From the NCBI GenBank assembly GCA_030264375.1, contig JASCQW010000105.1, positions 46,111,031 through 46,175,030 of the forward strand: a stretch of DNA of 64,000 bases, read 5' to 3'. Shown here one piece after another: positions 35,999 through 48,819 of the stretch (its first letter is position 1; each line of letters opens with the position of its first letter). Source of the DNA: Carcharhinus longimanus. Lineage: Eukaryota. The notes under the pieces are model-generated. The model worked only from the letters and a program-made list of their open reading frames with translations, had not been told where the DNA came from and did not search any database. Made by a program: the position numbers and the translations under genes.

Positions 35999-38900
35999 TA
36001 TGCACCAGCTGCAGCCACCCAGTTCATGTATCACACAATGTAAATAGTTGCTTCTTGTTAGCCTGTTCAATTTGAATGTTTGCATCAGTGACCATTCTTG
36101 CACACTGTTACAACTCAGTACTAAAGGTTGCTGAATCTTATACGAGGAATAGGTAGACTAGGTGGTCATGTGGGTGACGTGCATGCATTGGGGGTCATGT
36201 GTTGGTAGCATGGGAGATCTTCCTGGAACATGGGCAGGCATTCAGCACGCTCAATGTATTTAATGAGTTGTTGTTCTAAGTCCTTAGTCGCCAGTGATTG
36301 GAACCCAGCCAAGTTCAATAGCCAAGTCAGTAACACTGTTAATTGTTATGGCAACACAAGAGACTACAAAATGACCAGGAGAATTGGTGCAAGAATGATA
36401 ATCAGCACACTAAAACATCACAAGAATGTGAAGTTGTTATAGAGGTGGCAACTACAGTATATACTGCCAGACTAAATGCATATTAGAAGGAATAGAAGCA
36501 CTTAAACTTGCAGTAGCTTTGCAAGCAATCTTGTAAAGTTCTAAGTCTGTTCAATGAGTTAATTTTAATCTATGTATTATGTGCTTGTTACAGTATAAAT
36601 TCTATGTTAACTTCTTATGATCAGTTGGCCAAGTAAACAAGAACATAGCTGGAAACAATTAGAAACTACCTTTTAGTTTATTGTTTGTTCTATGCACTTG
36701 AAATTTCCTCACTAGTATTTGAAAAGCAATTATTTTATTGGTTGGTCTAATGTGAGTTGGGAATTTGTGATTGTTTGCTTCCTGATAGATTCTCCGAATT
36801 AGTATGGTTAGTTTACTAGGTAGAGCTATTTCAGTAAGGCAGATGCAAAGGCTGCGTGTTTGTGAGAGACTTAAGTGTGATTGATGCATAATAATTTGCA
36901 TGTGAAAGAAATGGAAGAGATGCAAGATTTTTTAATTACATCTATATTTAAGACAAATTAAAAATATTTTTCTTGCTACTGCTGGTTGAGAGGAAGAGTG
37001 AGTTGATAATGTGTCAAAGAATTAACTAATCTTCAATTATCTTGTCCTTACTATAGTTGTGCAAGGGCACATGACTCACACTAAAGTGTTACAGGGTACA
37101 AGGGGATACTTTGCAAGACTAAAATAAGTTCACGAGCTATTCATTTTTCCCCAAACTGGATGTAGCATGCTGTATCATACAATTAACATTAATTCAATAG
37201 TTCTGCAACCATCAATTCATGCTACAGAAGCCCTATTTACATAAATTTGTCAAAGTCACTTATGTTATTACAGAGTGTTTCATAATTCTGTTGGTAACAT
37301 CACTTTTGGAAATATTCTGTTTCTGTCAAGGTTTGTTAAAAATGCTTTTGTTAAGTATATACTGTCAAATCATATCAATATATACTGGTTGTGGAGCTCC
37401 TGGAAGCAGCTGAAATTTTTTTCCATAAACTTACAGTAATCATATCACCATGGTTAATCCATTAGTATGAAAATAATGCATTAAAACTAAAGCTCACCTG
37501 ACAGTTGGTTTCCAAAATGATGCCTGCTTTGGGGGAAAAAAAACTACATAAAACTGAGCCCTTAAAGATATGCATCGACAAAAGAATGACTATGTAATAA
37601 TTTTCGGGCTTCAAATGATGGTTGCAGTTAAATAAATTAGACTTTTCTTTTCACAGTTCTTGGTAACCCAAACTTCTCAATCTCAAATCATGCTTTGATC
37701 ATTTCAGCTATTGTCTTCTGTTTTGCAATTTAACATCAAATTATGCTGAAAATTCTTCACCCTTGGAAGCAAATATTTGGCAAGGGAATATCCACAGTGA
37801 CATCAGGTAAACCTACAAGCCTTTAAATTATTTTTTCTGTCTTATGCTTATCAAATAGAATGGGAATGTCATCTTATGGTGTGTAGTTTGCTGGTTACAT
37901 TTCACAATTGCAAATAATTTGGTCATTAACAGACCATTCAAACAAATGTTCAATTTAGTCAATTAAAAAGCATTAAATCACATAATTAATTTAAAATGAT
38001 AAAAAAAATTCCAGTAACACAGGTACAGAGTGCAGCACTCATTCCACCAAGTTTTTCTGTTCAACCAATTATGTTTATTCTACAAATTGCAATGCTAATG
38101 AAACATGCAACCCAGAACACATGTCAAATGCACATGTCAACTTACAACTGAGAAAGTCTGGCATACGACTGACTAAAGTAAACAGGCAGAATTCAGCATA
38201 ATTTCAGTGTCATTTCATTGGCAATCTTATCCATTATCGTGATTCTCAGACAAAAAAAACCCACCTTTTATGAAATACAATATTAAAGTGATATCCAGGC
38301 TGTGTTAGTTAATGGCATAATTAGCTGGTGCACCAATATGCTGTGGCAGAAGGAAAACTATCTTATTTAAAGGAATCACAGCCAGTGTCCGATATTACCA
38401 TCAGGGCATAGATAAAAGTTCAAGTGTTTCCCTCTTGGTTGCGAAAAAAAATGGCCTCAGGCGGGAATGGGAATGGGAATGTGGAATGAATCCTGTTCTG
38501 GTGGCGGGCAAGAAAGCATACCAAATTCTCTGGCCCTGATCTCATAATTATGCACCCAGGTATTTCATGCCAGGGCAGGGCAGGACAGGTCTAGATGGTC
38601 TGCCATTGTATCCCAAGCCAAATTGAAAAGGAATCCAACATCACTAACCCACTATTGAAGAAAGAAGGTGGACTTTCTGAAAATGACAAGCGATGTCTGG
38701 GAACACTCAGGCTGGTAGGTGAATTCCCTGAAAATGCAGATGGATCTCTTGGGACATGATAAGACTAGAAGGTGCCTAATCTGTACAGTCTAGCAGCCGG
38801 CAGATGTACCCCTGACCCACTGCTGTAGTATTCCAAGCGGCCTCCATCCTGAACTCTGGAGGCAGCTATATGCATTATTTAGTTTAGTCCCAACATCTGC

Positions 38901-41029
38901 ACGTCACGTTTCTAAACATATTTCACACTGTCCTGTTTTCTCTCTGGCACCATGAAGAATGTGTAAGGGTGGGCATTCATTTGCATCCTCTTAATGGGAT
39001 GCAAATGAGGCCCATGCCAACTTCTAGCAGGTTTTTCGACCTTGCCAAGCACCAGCAGAAGATGAATTCACACAACCCAAAACTAATTTCGGGGCTTCTC
39101 ACCATATTCTCCCACTCTGACTGCCATCAAACATGCCAGTGGGGACTTCCATCCAATATAATCTAAATCCTACTGAGTTGCTTCTGTTGTCTCAAGCCAA
39201 TTGGTTGCAAAAACAATGAAGCAGTCACCTGGCTATCAGTCTAGGGATGATAAATATGGCAATAATGAAGTAGAGAGCTGGAAGAGTACAATTCCCCAGA
39301 GCCGTCAAGCAAACCTTGTGATCTCTCCCTCCATGTTTTGGCTCTATACTTCCCCTTCAATTTCTCCATTTCCAAACCACCCTCCCCCTCAATTGTCCAC
39401 CCCCTGATGTGACCTTCTATCCTAGTTTTTTTCAACCTGGCCAGCCTTCAAACATATTATTGTGCAGGTAGAAAATGGGAGTAAAAATATTCTAATAAAA
39501 CCCTCCTGGTAAATTTGACAGGACCTCCACCTTTTTGTTATTTCTGGATTTCCCAGTTGGTGATATGCATCTGTGCTTCCTCCAAGCAAATACCACAACC
39601 TTTGTTTCAAAGCCAAAGATGGAAACCGTGGTCAATTAACTTGTTTTTGCAGTTTACGTAGACATAAATGTCATGGTTATAATTCTCTGCCTTGTTGATA
39701 TTGCCATTGTTACAGCCTTGTGCAAAGGATAAATAAGTACTTGAGACTGGAGTTACAACTTTTAGGGAAAGTCCTTTCAAGGAGAATCTATGATGGTTGC
39801 CCTCTGCACAAAAATGGAACAATGTTAGATACTTCAACCAAGTTTCAAAAGGTTGACAAATCATTCAAACTGAAAAAAATCAGAAAAAAAACAAATGAAA
39901 TGAAATCAAATAACCTCTAATCTGAATGTGAATAATGTTCAACAAAGAGTATGGCTCTAATTCAGTTTATATATCTGAAAAACAGAAGTCCACTGATGAC
40001 TAATCCTGTGGGTAATGCTGTATATTCACCTCAGGAGCAGCAAACTTGTCCAAAAAGATCTTCAAATAGGCTTCACCTGATAGATATCAGCAGATTGCAA
40101 ACACGGATGTTGCGTAACTTCTCATTTATCAAATCCTCTTCCTCTGCTTTCAGCAAAATAATCTTGCTTTTCTTGTGTCACTTTGAAATACATTTTGTAT
40201 GCTTTCTGTCCTCCCAATGGAATTGCTATTCATTGTCCATAATAGTTCAGACATTTTATGATTAAAAATGAGAATGTGTGCACATCTGAGCGCCCCAGAC
40301 GATTTTCACATCAAATGAAATCATTAGTGGAGATAGCAAACAAGATCAGGAATTCACCTTGAAAGGACTTTTCTCAATGCTGTAATTCAAATCTCAATTG
40401 TTTGATTATATTTAGCGCTAAACTGCAACAGTAATAATACCAGTAAATCAGAGAATTGTCACTGAATCCAATGTTATAAATATATTGCTGGGGAACAGCA
40501 GAACACAGCTTTGGTGGATAATGTCACCTTCCAAATAGATGTATCAATGAATCTGAGGTCAAGGATTGTGTTATAAATACAGCAGATAAGAGAGATATAA
40601 TTTTAGTATAACTATCAGGCTTCCAGTGAATCATGCTATCTTTGTCACTAAAGATAGTAATTTTAACAAACACTGACACTTTGAAAGTTTACCCTGTTTA
40701 TGAATTTCAAAGTTGACAATGACATCTCAGCAGTGGACTTTTATTTTCCCAATAGAAATAGTGGGGGGAATTTTCCATTCTGGAAACAAAGCACAACGAT
40801 GGGTGGGGAAGTTCGCATGATTCTCATTGTGCGACAGCAGGTCAGATTCATCTGCTTTTGAGCTCATTGGTTATGCATCAAGAAGGTCATCAAAATTTGT
40901 GGTGGGGTGGACAGGGTTTCATCCACTTTGCATTACCTGTTGGAGTAGAAGGTGCAGGTGCCATATTTAAATGACACATGCACAGATGTTATGGGTGATT
41001 CTCCCATCCCATTGTGCTGCTTTTTTAGT

Positions 41030-41127
41030 AAAAAGTCTGACAACACCAGGTTTTAGTCCAACCGATTTATTTGTTGTCAGACTTTTTACTGTGTTTACCC
41101 CAGTCCAACGCCGGCACATCCACATCA
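41030..41127. mobile_element. Minimal PLE fold-back insertion with 13-bp TSD
   Basis: agtaaaaagtctgacaaca...tgttgtcagactttttact hairpin plus tail ...ccacatca; TSD ctgcttttttagt at 41017-41029 and 41131-41143. Confidence 0.85.
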
Positions 41128-41224
41128 TGACTGCTTTTTTAGTGCAGCGGGCCAGAAGGCTCTAGCGGAGGCCATCTTGTGGGCTCCTCTCTGGGCGTCT
41201 GGGCGCCATGGCCTCTGTGCATCT

Positions 41225-41351
41225 GAGGAGATGCCGGCGTTGGACTGGGGTAAATGNNNNNNNNNNNNNNNNCAAGAAAGCAGACAAGATACCAAAAGGG
41301 CTACAGATAATAAACTGGTTGGACTTTAACCTGGTGTTGTGAAACTTCTTA
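41225..41351. mobile_element. Mini PLE insertion in opposite orientation with 12-bp TSD
   Basis: Antisense tail ggagatgccggcgttggactggggtaaa, gap, then ttggactttaacctggtgttgtgaaacttctta; TSD ctctg(t/c)gcatct at 41213-41224 and 41352-41363. Confidence 0.8.
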
Positions 41352-42539
41352 CTCTGCGCATCTTTCAGTGCAAGATTTCTGACGACATCAATTCCATGCC
41401 AGAAATTGGCGCAGAGCTGCCAGCTGCCTAATATATTCAACAGTTCATTTCCACAAATTTAGTACCATTTGTGGGTCTGGGGCTGAAGTCGCTGGGCCTG
41501 CTGGCCTCTTCCCCACCACCAGGAGTATTACACTACAGCTGGGTTTGATAGAACTCTCCACTTGAGGGAAGCTGGTGGTCCAACCCCACTGAAGTGAAGG
41601 GAGGGTGACAATCAAGGCCCCAGAGGGTCAGGTGCTAGGTGGGGTGCCCCTGGGCATTGCCACCTTGGCAGTGCCAGCCAAGCCCCCTTGCACTGCAAAT
41701 ATTAGGAGTGCAGTGAAGAAATTGCATTTGAGAACAGTCTTAAATGAAGAAAGGCAGATAAAGTATGTAATATGCTAATGAGGCACGTTACACATCACCA
41801 CAGTAAGTGATGCAATGGCTTGTTGTCATCCTGTCTCTTGTAGGCCTTATGGCAAGAAAACTGCCAAATGGGCAGGGCCTAATGGGAGGCAATTAATGCG
41901 GGGGGGGGGTCCCCCTGCCACTCTGCATTCGGGCGGAATGACAAGGAAGGTGGTGAGCCATCGGGGCAAGGGCAGCCAGCTGGAGGAGTTGAGGCAAAGC
42001 TGGCAGGGGTCACAAGGCTGGCCAGCGAATCGGGAGGCGGGCAGACAGGGACTACCGCACATGCGCCAATCTCGACACTGACAGATTAGTGCATGTGTAG
42101 TGGCCCGCTCAGTGCTACGTTGCTGGCCTCTCCAGCGGGAATAGGCCCTGCCCACTGATTTCTGGAGTGATTTACACTAGTGCACTCTGCAGTGCACAGT
42201 GTGGGAGATTTATTTTGAAATGCCTGCTGAAAGAAACAGCATAATTTGCTCCAGTTTTTATGCAAATTCAACACTTAGATTCGTCCTCATTGCAGGCCAG
42301 GATAGGTGTGGTGTAAACTATCAAACATTCACCGCTCTCGGCTCTATTGTTCAGTGAGGCCTCCTGAAGGATTCTCCTCCAGGCTATCTTCCATCCAGGA
42401 AAGGTGTGAGATCATCTTTCGGAGGGGTGGAAGGTCAACTTCCCAAAGCAACCTCAGAAAAGGTCACTGAGAAGGTCAGCATCCCTAGCTAATGGAGGAG
42501 AAGCCCTGCAGTGCAGGAAAAAAATTGAATGATCTGAAC

Positions 42540-42830
42540 TACCACTCTCACAAAACTCACACTCTCATAGGCAAAAGACAGTGTCGGGTATTAGAATCCA
42601 CAGGGGTGTCTCACGTTATTAGAAGAAAGATGTCACAAACTCGGATAATGTTACCTGCAAGGAACCTGAAAACATTGGTTTGTGGTGACATAGTTTGTCT
42701 ACAGGAACAGTCTAAGGGGCTTCATGTGATATTCATGAGAACAGTCATCAGCTCAGACTTATTGAAGACTATTTATTACAATAAAGAGACACATATATGA
42801 ACAGGACTATAATGATCCTAGGCAGTTACG
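42540..42830 (+). mobile_element. Possible decayed Gypsy integrase C-terminal fragment
   Basis: LIGKRQCR.L...ARNLKTLVCGDIVCLQ resembles LMGRRLRT.L...A..L..L..GD.V. Confidence 0.35.
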
Positions 42831-45109
42831 CACAAGAAACTACCAAACGCACCCACACAGTTTATGTAGGAATTACCCTTTATCAAAAGTATATTATGAA
42901 ATCTGAACTCTTCCAGAACTCCTCTCTTCCCGAACAATATCCAATTCAATAGATCTATAAGACCAGCTTTTAGTTACCACACAATGTATGACTGAGTAGT
43001 TATTCTGGGGAACATCTCTTCTTGGCTCAGCCCAGATTTGGGTTTTAACTTTATTCACAAAAGATTTTCTACATTCTTGCTTCTGATCTGCTGGCTAGAA
43101 CCAGCTCATTGGCTGCTGGATGGAATCTGCCCCTTGCTTCCATGAAAATGTTGCCAATTATATCATTGTTTCTCTTTGAAGATCCTTTTTGTATACTTGG
43201 CTGTCTGTTCCCTCAGATTTTACTTGGTCTAAAACACTAATATATGTATATCTTCCCTGGATGGTGCAGTCATCTACCCCAAAATGTTTCCTATTAGCAG
43301 GACAAGAAATTTCTTTTGGTCTGTCTACAACTGCTAATCTCATTATTGGGATTCACATCCTGTGAAATAACTTTTGAAATGGTGGTGGCTTTGAACCTGT
43401 TTTGTACATAACAAAGAACATCAGCACTGCATGCCTTCCGGCCACTTGAAGCTCCACATTTTATGTAAGATCCTGCACAAACCTTTTTTTAATCCCTTAC
43501 TGAGCTCAACACACACATCAGGCATGCATGCTTCTGAAATGCTCTTTCATCAATTTTGCACACAGTCAAACCATTGGTTTTTCTGCAGAGCCAGATCTCC
43601 CAGCAGAGCTTGTTGATAAGGACAAAAATCATTCCTGCATATAAAGATAGGTAGGTCTCCAAATAAAAAGTCAGAGTCCATCCAGCATAGATCGACAATG
43701 TGGGGATAATGATTGAGTGACTTTTTATGTTGGCACCAGCCAAGTCAACTACCGATTACCTCTCTTCTCTATTCCAGCTACCAGCCAGAAAAGGCGGAGG
43801 AAGACCACAAGCAAATTTCTTAATCCCAGTGCCCCGAACACCTCAAATGTGAGGCAAAGAAACTGTCCGATAAAGACACATTGCTGTGTTCATCTGCACC
43901 CTCCACTAGTGCAGATACACTCACATTGCTGAGTCTTAGTTCTAGAGTAGGTTCTGAGTCACAATCAGGTGATCACCACCTTGAAGTGTTTCCACAGAAG
44001 ATGGAGGCAGTGACAGCCGAGGTCTTGGTTACTTGGAGGATTGCTGGAAACCAGGCCCCTTCCAAATCTGTGTCTGATCTTGAGTCTCTGCAGNNNNNNN
44101 NNNNNNNNNNNNNNNNNNNNNNNNNNNNNNNNNNNNNNNNNNNNNNNNNNNNNNNNNNNNNNNNNNNNNNNNNNNNNNNNNNNNNNNNNNNNNNNNNNNN
44201 NNNNNNNNNNNNNNNNNNNNNNNNNNNNNNNNNNNNNNNNNNNNNNNNNNNNNNNNNNNNNNNNNNNNNNNNNNNNNNNNNNNNNNNNTCCAGCAGTTTC
44301 TGCCTGATTTGCATTCAGTTCTGCACACAATCTCTCGAGCCATGGGTGCATTCCAGCAATGACTAGGCAAGAGTGCAGCAGGGTACCTTAATCTCCCTTT
44401 AGATGCCTCTTTTCCTCAAAGATTTGGGAGAGTCCCTGGGCATCCGCAGGAGGAGGTGTACCAGCTAGACACCTAGGGACACAGGCTGGTACACTCTAAG
44501 AGTGTACTCCAAATCCCCTCTGCTTCTACCCCCAAGAACTCCAGCAGGGCACACCATGGAAGCTGCACTTGCCCCAAAGCAGGAGATCTTCGCTGACTGG
44601 TGTCCTCTAGTTCTTTGGTAGATGTTCTCTGGTGGCCCAAATCATCTCAGATAACAATCAGCAGACTGCCTCCCCGTTTGCTCTGGATGTTGGATCTGCC
44701 TCTAGATGTAGTGGTAGAGTTAGAAATATTTAGTTTTGAATACACTGACTGTAGGGGTGTTCATTCATTGTGCTGAATCTGCATTATTGTAAATATTGTT
44801 TACATATTTCCCTGTCCAAGTCTTGGGTATTGAATTACTAATTGATGCAATACAAGGTTCTGTGTTCATTTAAGGGTTCAAAATGACCCACACCAACTCA
44901 ATTATCTCATGTCTTGTCCCTCAGTTTCTTCATGTGCCAATAATGAATCATCTTTGTTCAACACCTGCAACATTAACAAAGGCACTTTGATATGAAAATG
45001 ATAGCTGGACATTACACATGTATCAGGCAGACACTGTTTGACCTCATGAGAATTGTTCATTCTCCCTTCAACATGTTTTAATCTATGTATTTAAGGCTGA
45101 ATTTTATTC

Positions 45110-45450
45110 CTTTCTTCGTTCCCACTTTCTCAGCTCCATCTTAAATAGGAGGCGCTTAATTTTAATACTGTGCTCCCTAGTTCTACATTCAGCAAGGAAA
45201 CATCCTCTCAGCATCTACGTTGCTAAGCTCCCTCAGAATCTTTTCTGTTTTAATAAGGTCAGTGATCACTCTTTTAAACTCCAATGAGTATAGGCCCAAC
45301 TTGCTCAACCCCTTCATCCCAGGAACCAGCCTATTGAACCTTCTCCGAGCTACTTCTAATGAAATTATGAGAGATCAAAACTACGTACGGTGCTATCGTT
45401 GCAGTCTTACCAATGATTATACAATTGTAACAAGACTTCCCAATTTTTAT
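45110..45450 (-). mobile_element. CR1-type LINE 3' fragment
   Basis: Antisense features gtgctccctagttcta...cccctcagaatc...cttttaaactccaatgagtataggcccaac...cccttcatcccagg. Confidence 0.7.
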
Positions 45451-45724
45451 GCTCCAAATGGCATATTAACTCCCTCTCCTTGATTTCTCTGGTTGCATTG
45501 CATGAGCCTTCCTGTCAAATGCAGCAATAGCTTCAGCTGCCTCGAGAGATCATTTGCCCCAAAATGTATGTACTGTCTCTTCCTAATTAGTGCTATGTCA
45601 CTTCACTTTTCCTGTAGCCCAATAATTTTTTCCTCTTCAAACATTTATCTAATTCCCTTTTGCAAGTGGTCATTGAATCAGTTGAACTACCCTACCAATT
45701 GTTTTCTTCATAAAAAAAATTAGC

Positions 45725-45950
45725 TCAGGGAAGCAGTTTGTTCAGTTGGCTTGATAATTCAGAATACTGTCAACAACATGGGTTTAATTTCCATTCCGGC
45801 TGAGGGAGACTTGGCACCTACTTCCTCACCTGCCCAAGAGTCGAAGAAAATGGCAAACCACCACTGACAAAAACTGCCACAAATAACAGCTTAGAGTGAA
45901 CCATCAGCTAACAATGAGCCAAGGACTGTCTTTAGACAGAGAACATGCAA
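45725..45950 (+). mobile_element. tRNA-derived SINE (third type)
   Basis: Head ttgttcagttggct...caacaacatgggtttaatttccattccggctgagg similar to the 52528 element; tail contains ggcaaaccac. Confidence 0.5.
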
Positions 45951-48819
45951 ATACATGAAACTTAAATTCATCCAAATTCTTAAAGCCTATAGATGATCAC
46001 TTACCATGTCCCTGCTTATCTACCAAATTTGTTGTTCTTAATCTGTATTGATTTCCTCTTCAGCAAGGCTGCAAGTTTAAAATTTCTCCCTTTTGCATTT
46101 GAATATTTTGCAATCATGCCCTTTGCCATCTTTGTAACCTCCTACTACTATGCAACACCCACCCTTTGCAAAAAATTCTGTTCCACTCATGCTATCCTTT
46201 GAAAATCCTGCAGTCAAGTCCATGTCTAGCCATTTAGGAAATTCCTTCCCTAAATCCCACTGGTTTTTAATATTCTTGGCTTTGAGCAAGTTTACAATAT
46301 TTACAAAGTTTGCTGGAAAGCAAAAGCTTTATTGGAACATCGCTTACTGTGGTTTCCTTGACATAAGGTCTATAAGAGAGAGCACAGCAACGAGACATTG
46401 CATCACTTACTGTGATGATGTGTAAGATGGCTCTTTAGCATACTGCACATAACCCTGCATAAAACACACTTTGCCTTTCTTCATTTAAGACTATTCTGAA
46501 ACGCGATCTCTTCACTTCACTCCTAATATTGATTTGGTGTACATTTTTGTCTGCTCATTCTTCCATGATATGGATGCAAACTTATGTCAAAAGCGTTGTA
46601 CAAAAGAAGTTTGGGATGCTTTTATATAATACATCTCAGTTTGTTATTTTCATTAAGGCGTGTTGAGGACCATTTATTTTAACTACTAAACATCTCCAAT
46701 AAAACTAACAGCGGATGGAACAATTAAACGTGACTGTAATTAAGTGCACTAATAATACAATTTCTCAGCAAAGTAGCTTGAATGCTCTAGGCGTTTCTTG
46801 CCATTCTCATATAGCTCGTTTGTTTGCTTTTCTTTCTTATTTCCCTCCCCCTATTTCTTTCAGATGTTTCTTCAAATGAGAGTACCGTGTCNNNNNNNNN
46901 NNNNNNNNNNNNNNNNNNNNNNNNNNNNNNNNNNNAATAACATGTCCAATCTGTATTCATCACAGCAATCAATAGCAAAATTATTTTTTAAAAAACATGT
47001 TTACTCCATGATGTCCAAAAGAAAGCTTAAAACAAAATTTCCACAATTATTTCCAGTCTGACCAAGGAACCTTATTTGAAAAGTTGATGTAATTAACATT
47101 TTTGCAAATTGATTATTATATCAATATTCAAGCTGCGAATCCAATATAATCCAAAATCTGTAAGCAGACCATTGATGTATTCTCTTTCTTTATTCATTTT
47201 ATGGCAGAGATAACATTCCAACAACTGATCGATGTCAACTGATATTCATTTTGCAAATTTTATAATTTTTTTCCCCCACAGCATCTTCTTTACAGAAAGA
47301 CAGGAAAATGACCAATGTGCAAGCCTCTGTCACTGACATTTTGCAACCACAATAAACATTATTTACTGGGAAACTATGGTAAAATACAAACAACATGATC
47401 TTTGATTCACATATAACCTCAATTATAAATTTTATTGAACTTCTGAGTTAAGACTTGTCAATTCCACTGTGCTCTGATAATACTAAATTCACATAAGAAA
47501 TTTGTGAAAAGTTTGATGAGAACAGGTGAATACTGTCCTGACATAAGCTGCTTCATTGAAGGCCTGAGCAGTTCACAAAACAGATGCAAATTTATAAATG
47601 CAACAAAAATAGATGCAGCAAATTATTCTTGCTTGGCAATTATGCAGAAATATTTGCCTGCGGTGTAAATGTGTTACTATACTCAGCTCCCCAGCGCTGC
47701 AACTAATCAATAGAATACTATATTAGCAGCAGCCAATGTTTCCCTAGCTTGTTTGGCCCAGGGATTTTAAGGGCAGCTTGTTGCTTTGAATTACATGTAC
47801 ATAATTGCAGCTTTACAAATCGCACACAGTGGAGGCAAATGTGAAATCGAGGAAAAGGGGGATATAGTTTGACAGGAAATAACGTATGCAAATGAGAAAA
47901 CCTGAATTGATGCACTTTCTTTCATGCCAATTAAAAATAGCTAGCTGTCCCATTCTAACTGGCTACTCAAGTCAAAAAGCCGTTTATTTCTATCGTACTC
48001 AAATCTTTAAAAATTGACAATTTTACAGTGGTTGTACGTCCCCCACTCCAAAAAAAATATGCAGCCTGCATTATTCAGATCCAAAAGCAAGTCAAATTAT
48101 TTTGACTGAAAGCTCATGTTGCATTGAATGGTCAAAGTGTGGTGGCTGATGTTTCAGCACTTGTGAATAATGAAACTCCATTCTGAGAAGTTGGAATTTG
48201 CAATATTCATAAAATCAAGTGAAACATGGCAGCAGATAAGTTAAAAAAACAAACTTGCAAGCCAAAACTTTTCAAACAAGTGCTTATCTCATTTGTAGAC
48301 TACTCTTCAGCTATTTTCTTGTAGCCGGAATCACGTTGATGCCCCTGCTAAATTATGGGATTGAGGAATTTCATACAAGTGACTGAGCATACATGCACAT
48401 TTTAAAAAACAAATTATGCCATAATGGGATCTGGGTGTTGCTGTCAAGACAAGCACTTATTGCCCATTATTAATTGCCCTGAAATGTTTGGTGGTAAGCT
48501 ACTTTCTTGAACCATTTCCGTCAAGATGGACTAGGTATTCCTAGTCTGCTGTTGGATGGCAAGTTCCAGGATTTTAACTTAGTCATGACAAAGGAAAGGT
48601 GGTAGATTATCAAATCAAGATGGTGTGAGACAATAAAAAAAATTAAATGTTGTTACTTAAATCTAAGTATAAGAAACAGAAAAATCTAAGGTTGGCTATA
48701 ATCCAAATCGCCACTGCGTGTCCAGCAACTTTAATCCCATTATTCCCTGTTAAACGTTTACATAACTACTTTTCAAATCATTTTCAACTTATATTTAGAT
48801 ATTGGGTTTATTACATTGC

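Larger units (their letters stand above)
32219..36317 (+). mobile_element. Ancient Gypsy (Ty3) LTR retrotransposon, internally deleted and pseudogenised
   Basis: 5' LTR 32219-32390 (TGTA...TACA), PBS, gag start at 32411 (FDKNIVGN*AKFE), protease KTDTG, RT (WVSAMVAAVKKDGSVRI; KVFKILDAK), RNase H (YAQIEK; GKELYLADTLSRA), integrase (VDSYSGWF; SSPLYPQSNNLA). 3' LTR about 36152-36317; TSD atagc. Confidence 0.9.
40992..42280 (+). mobile_element. ~1.2-kb GC-rich non-autonomous TIR element, same family as 62806
   Basis: Start tgggtgattctcccatcccattg...ggccagaaggctctagcggaggcc matches the reverse complement of 63790-63872; its end region matches the reverse complement of 62820-62960. Confidence 0.7.

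Noticed and set aside
39990-40265. Purine-rich minus-strand stretch resembling a coding exon
   Set aside because: All three minus frames hit stops within about 35 codons and no protein motif is recognisable.
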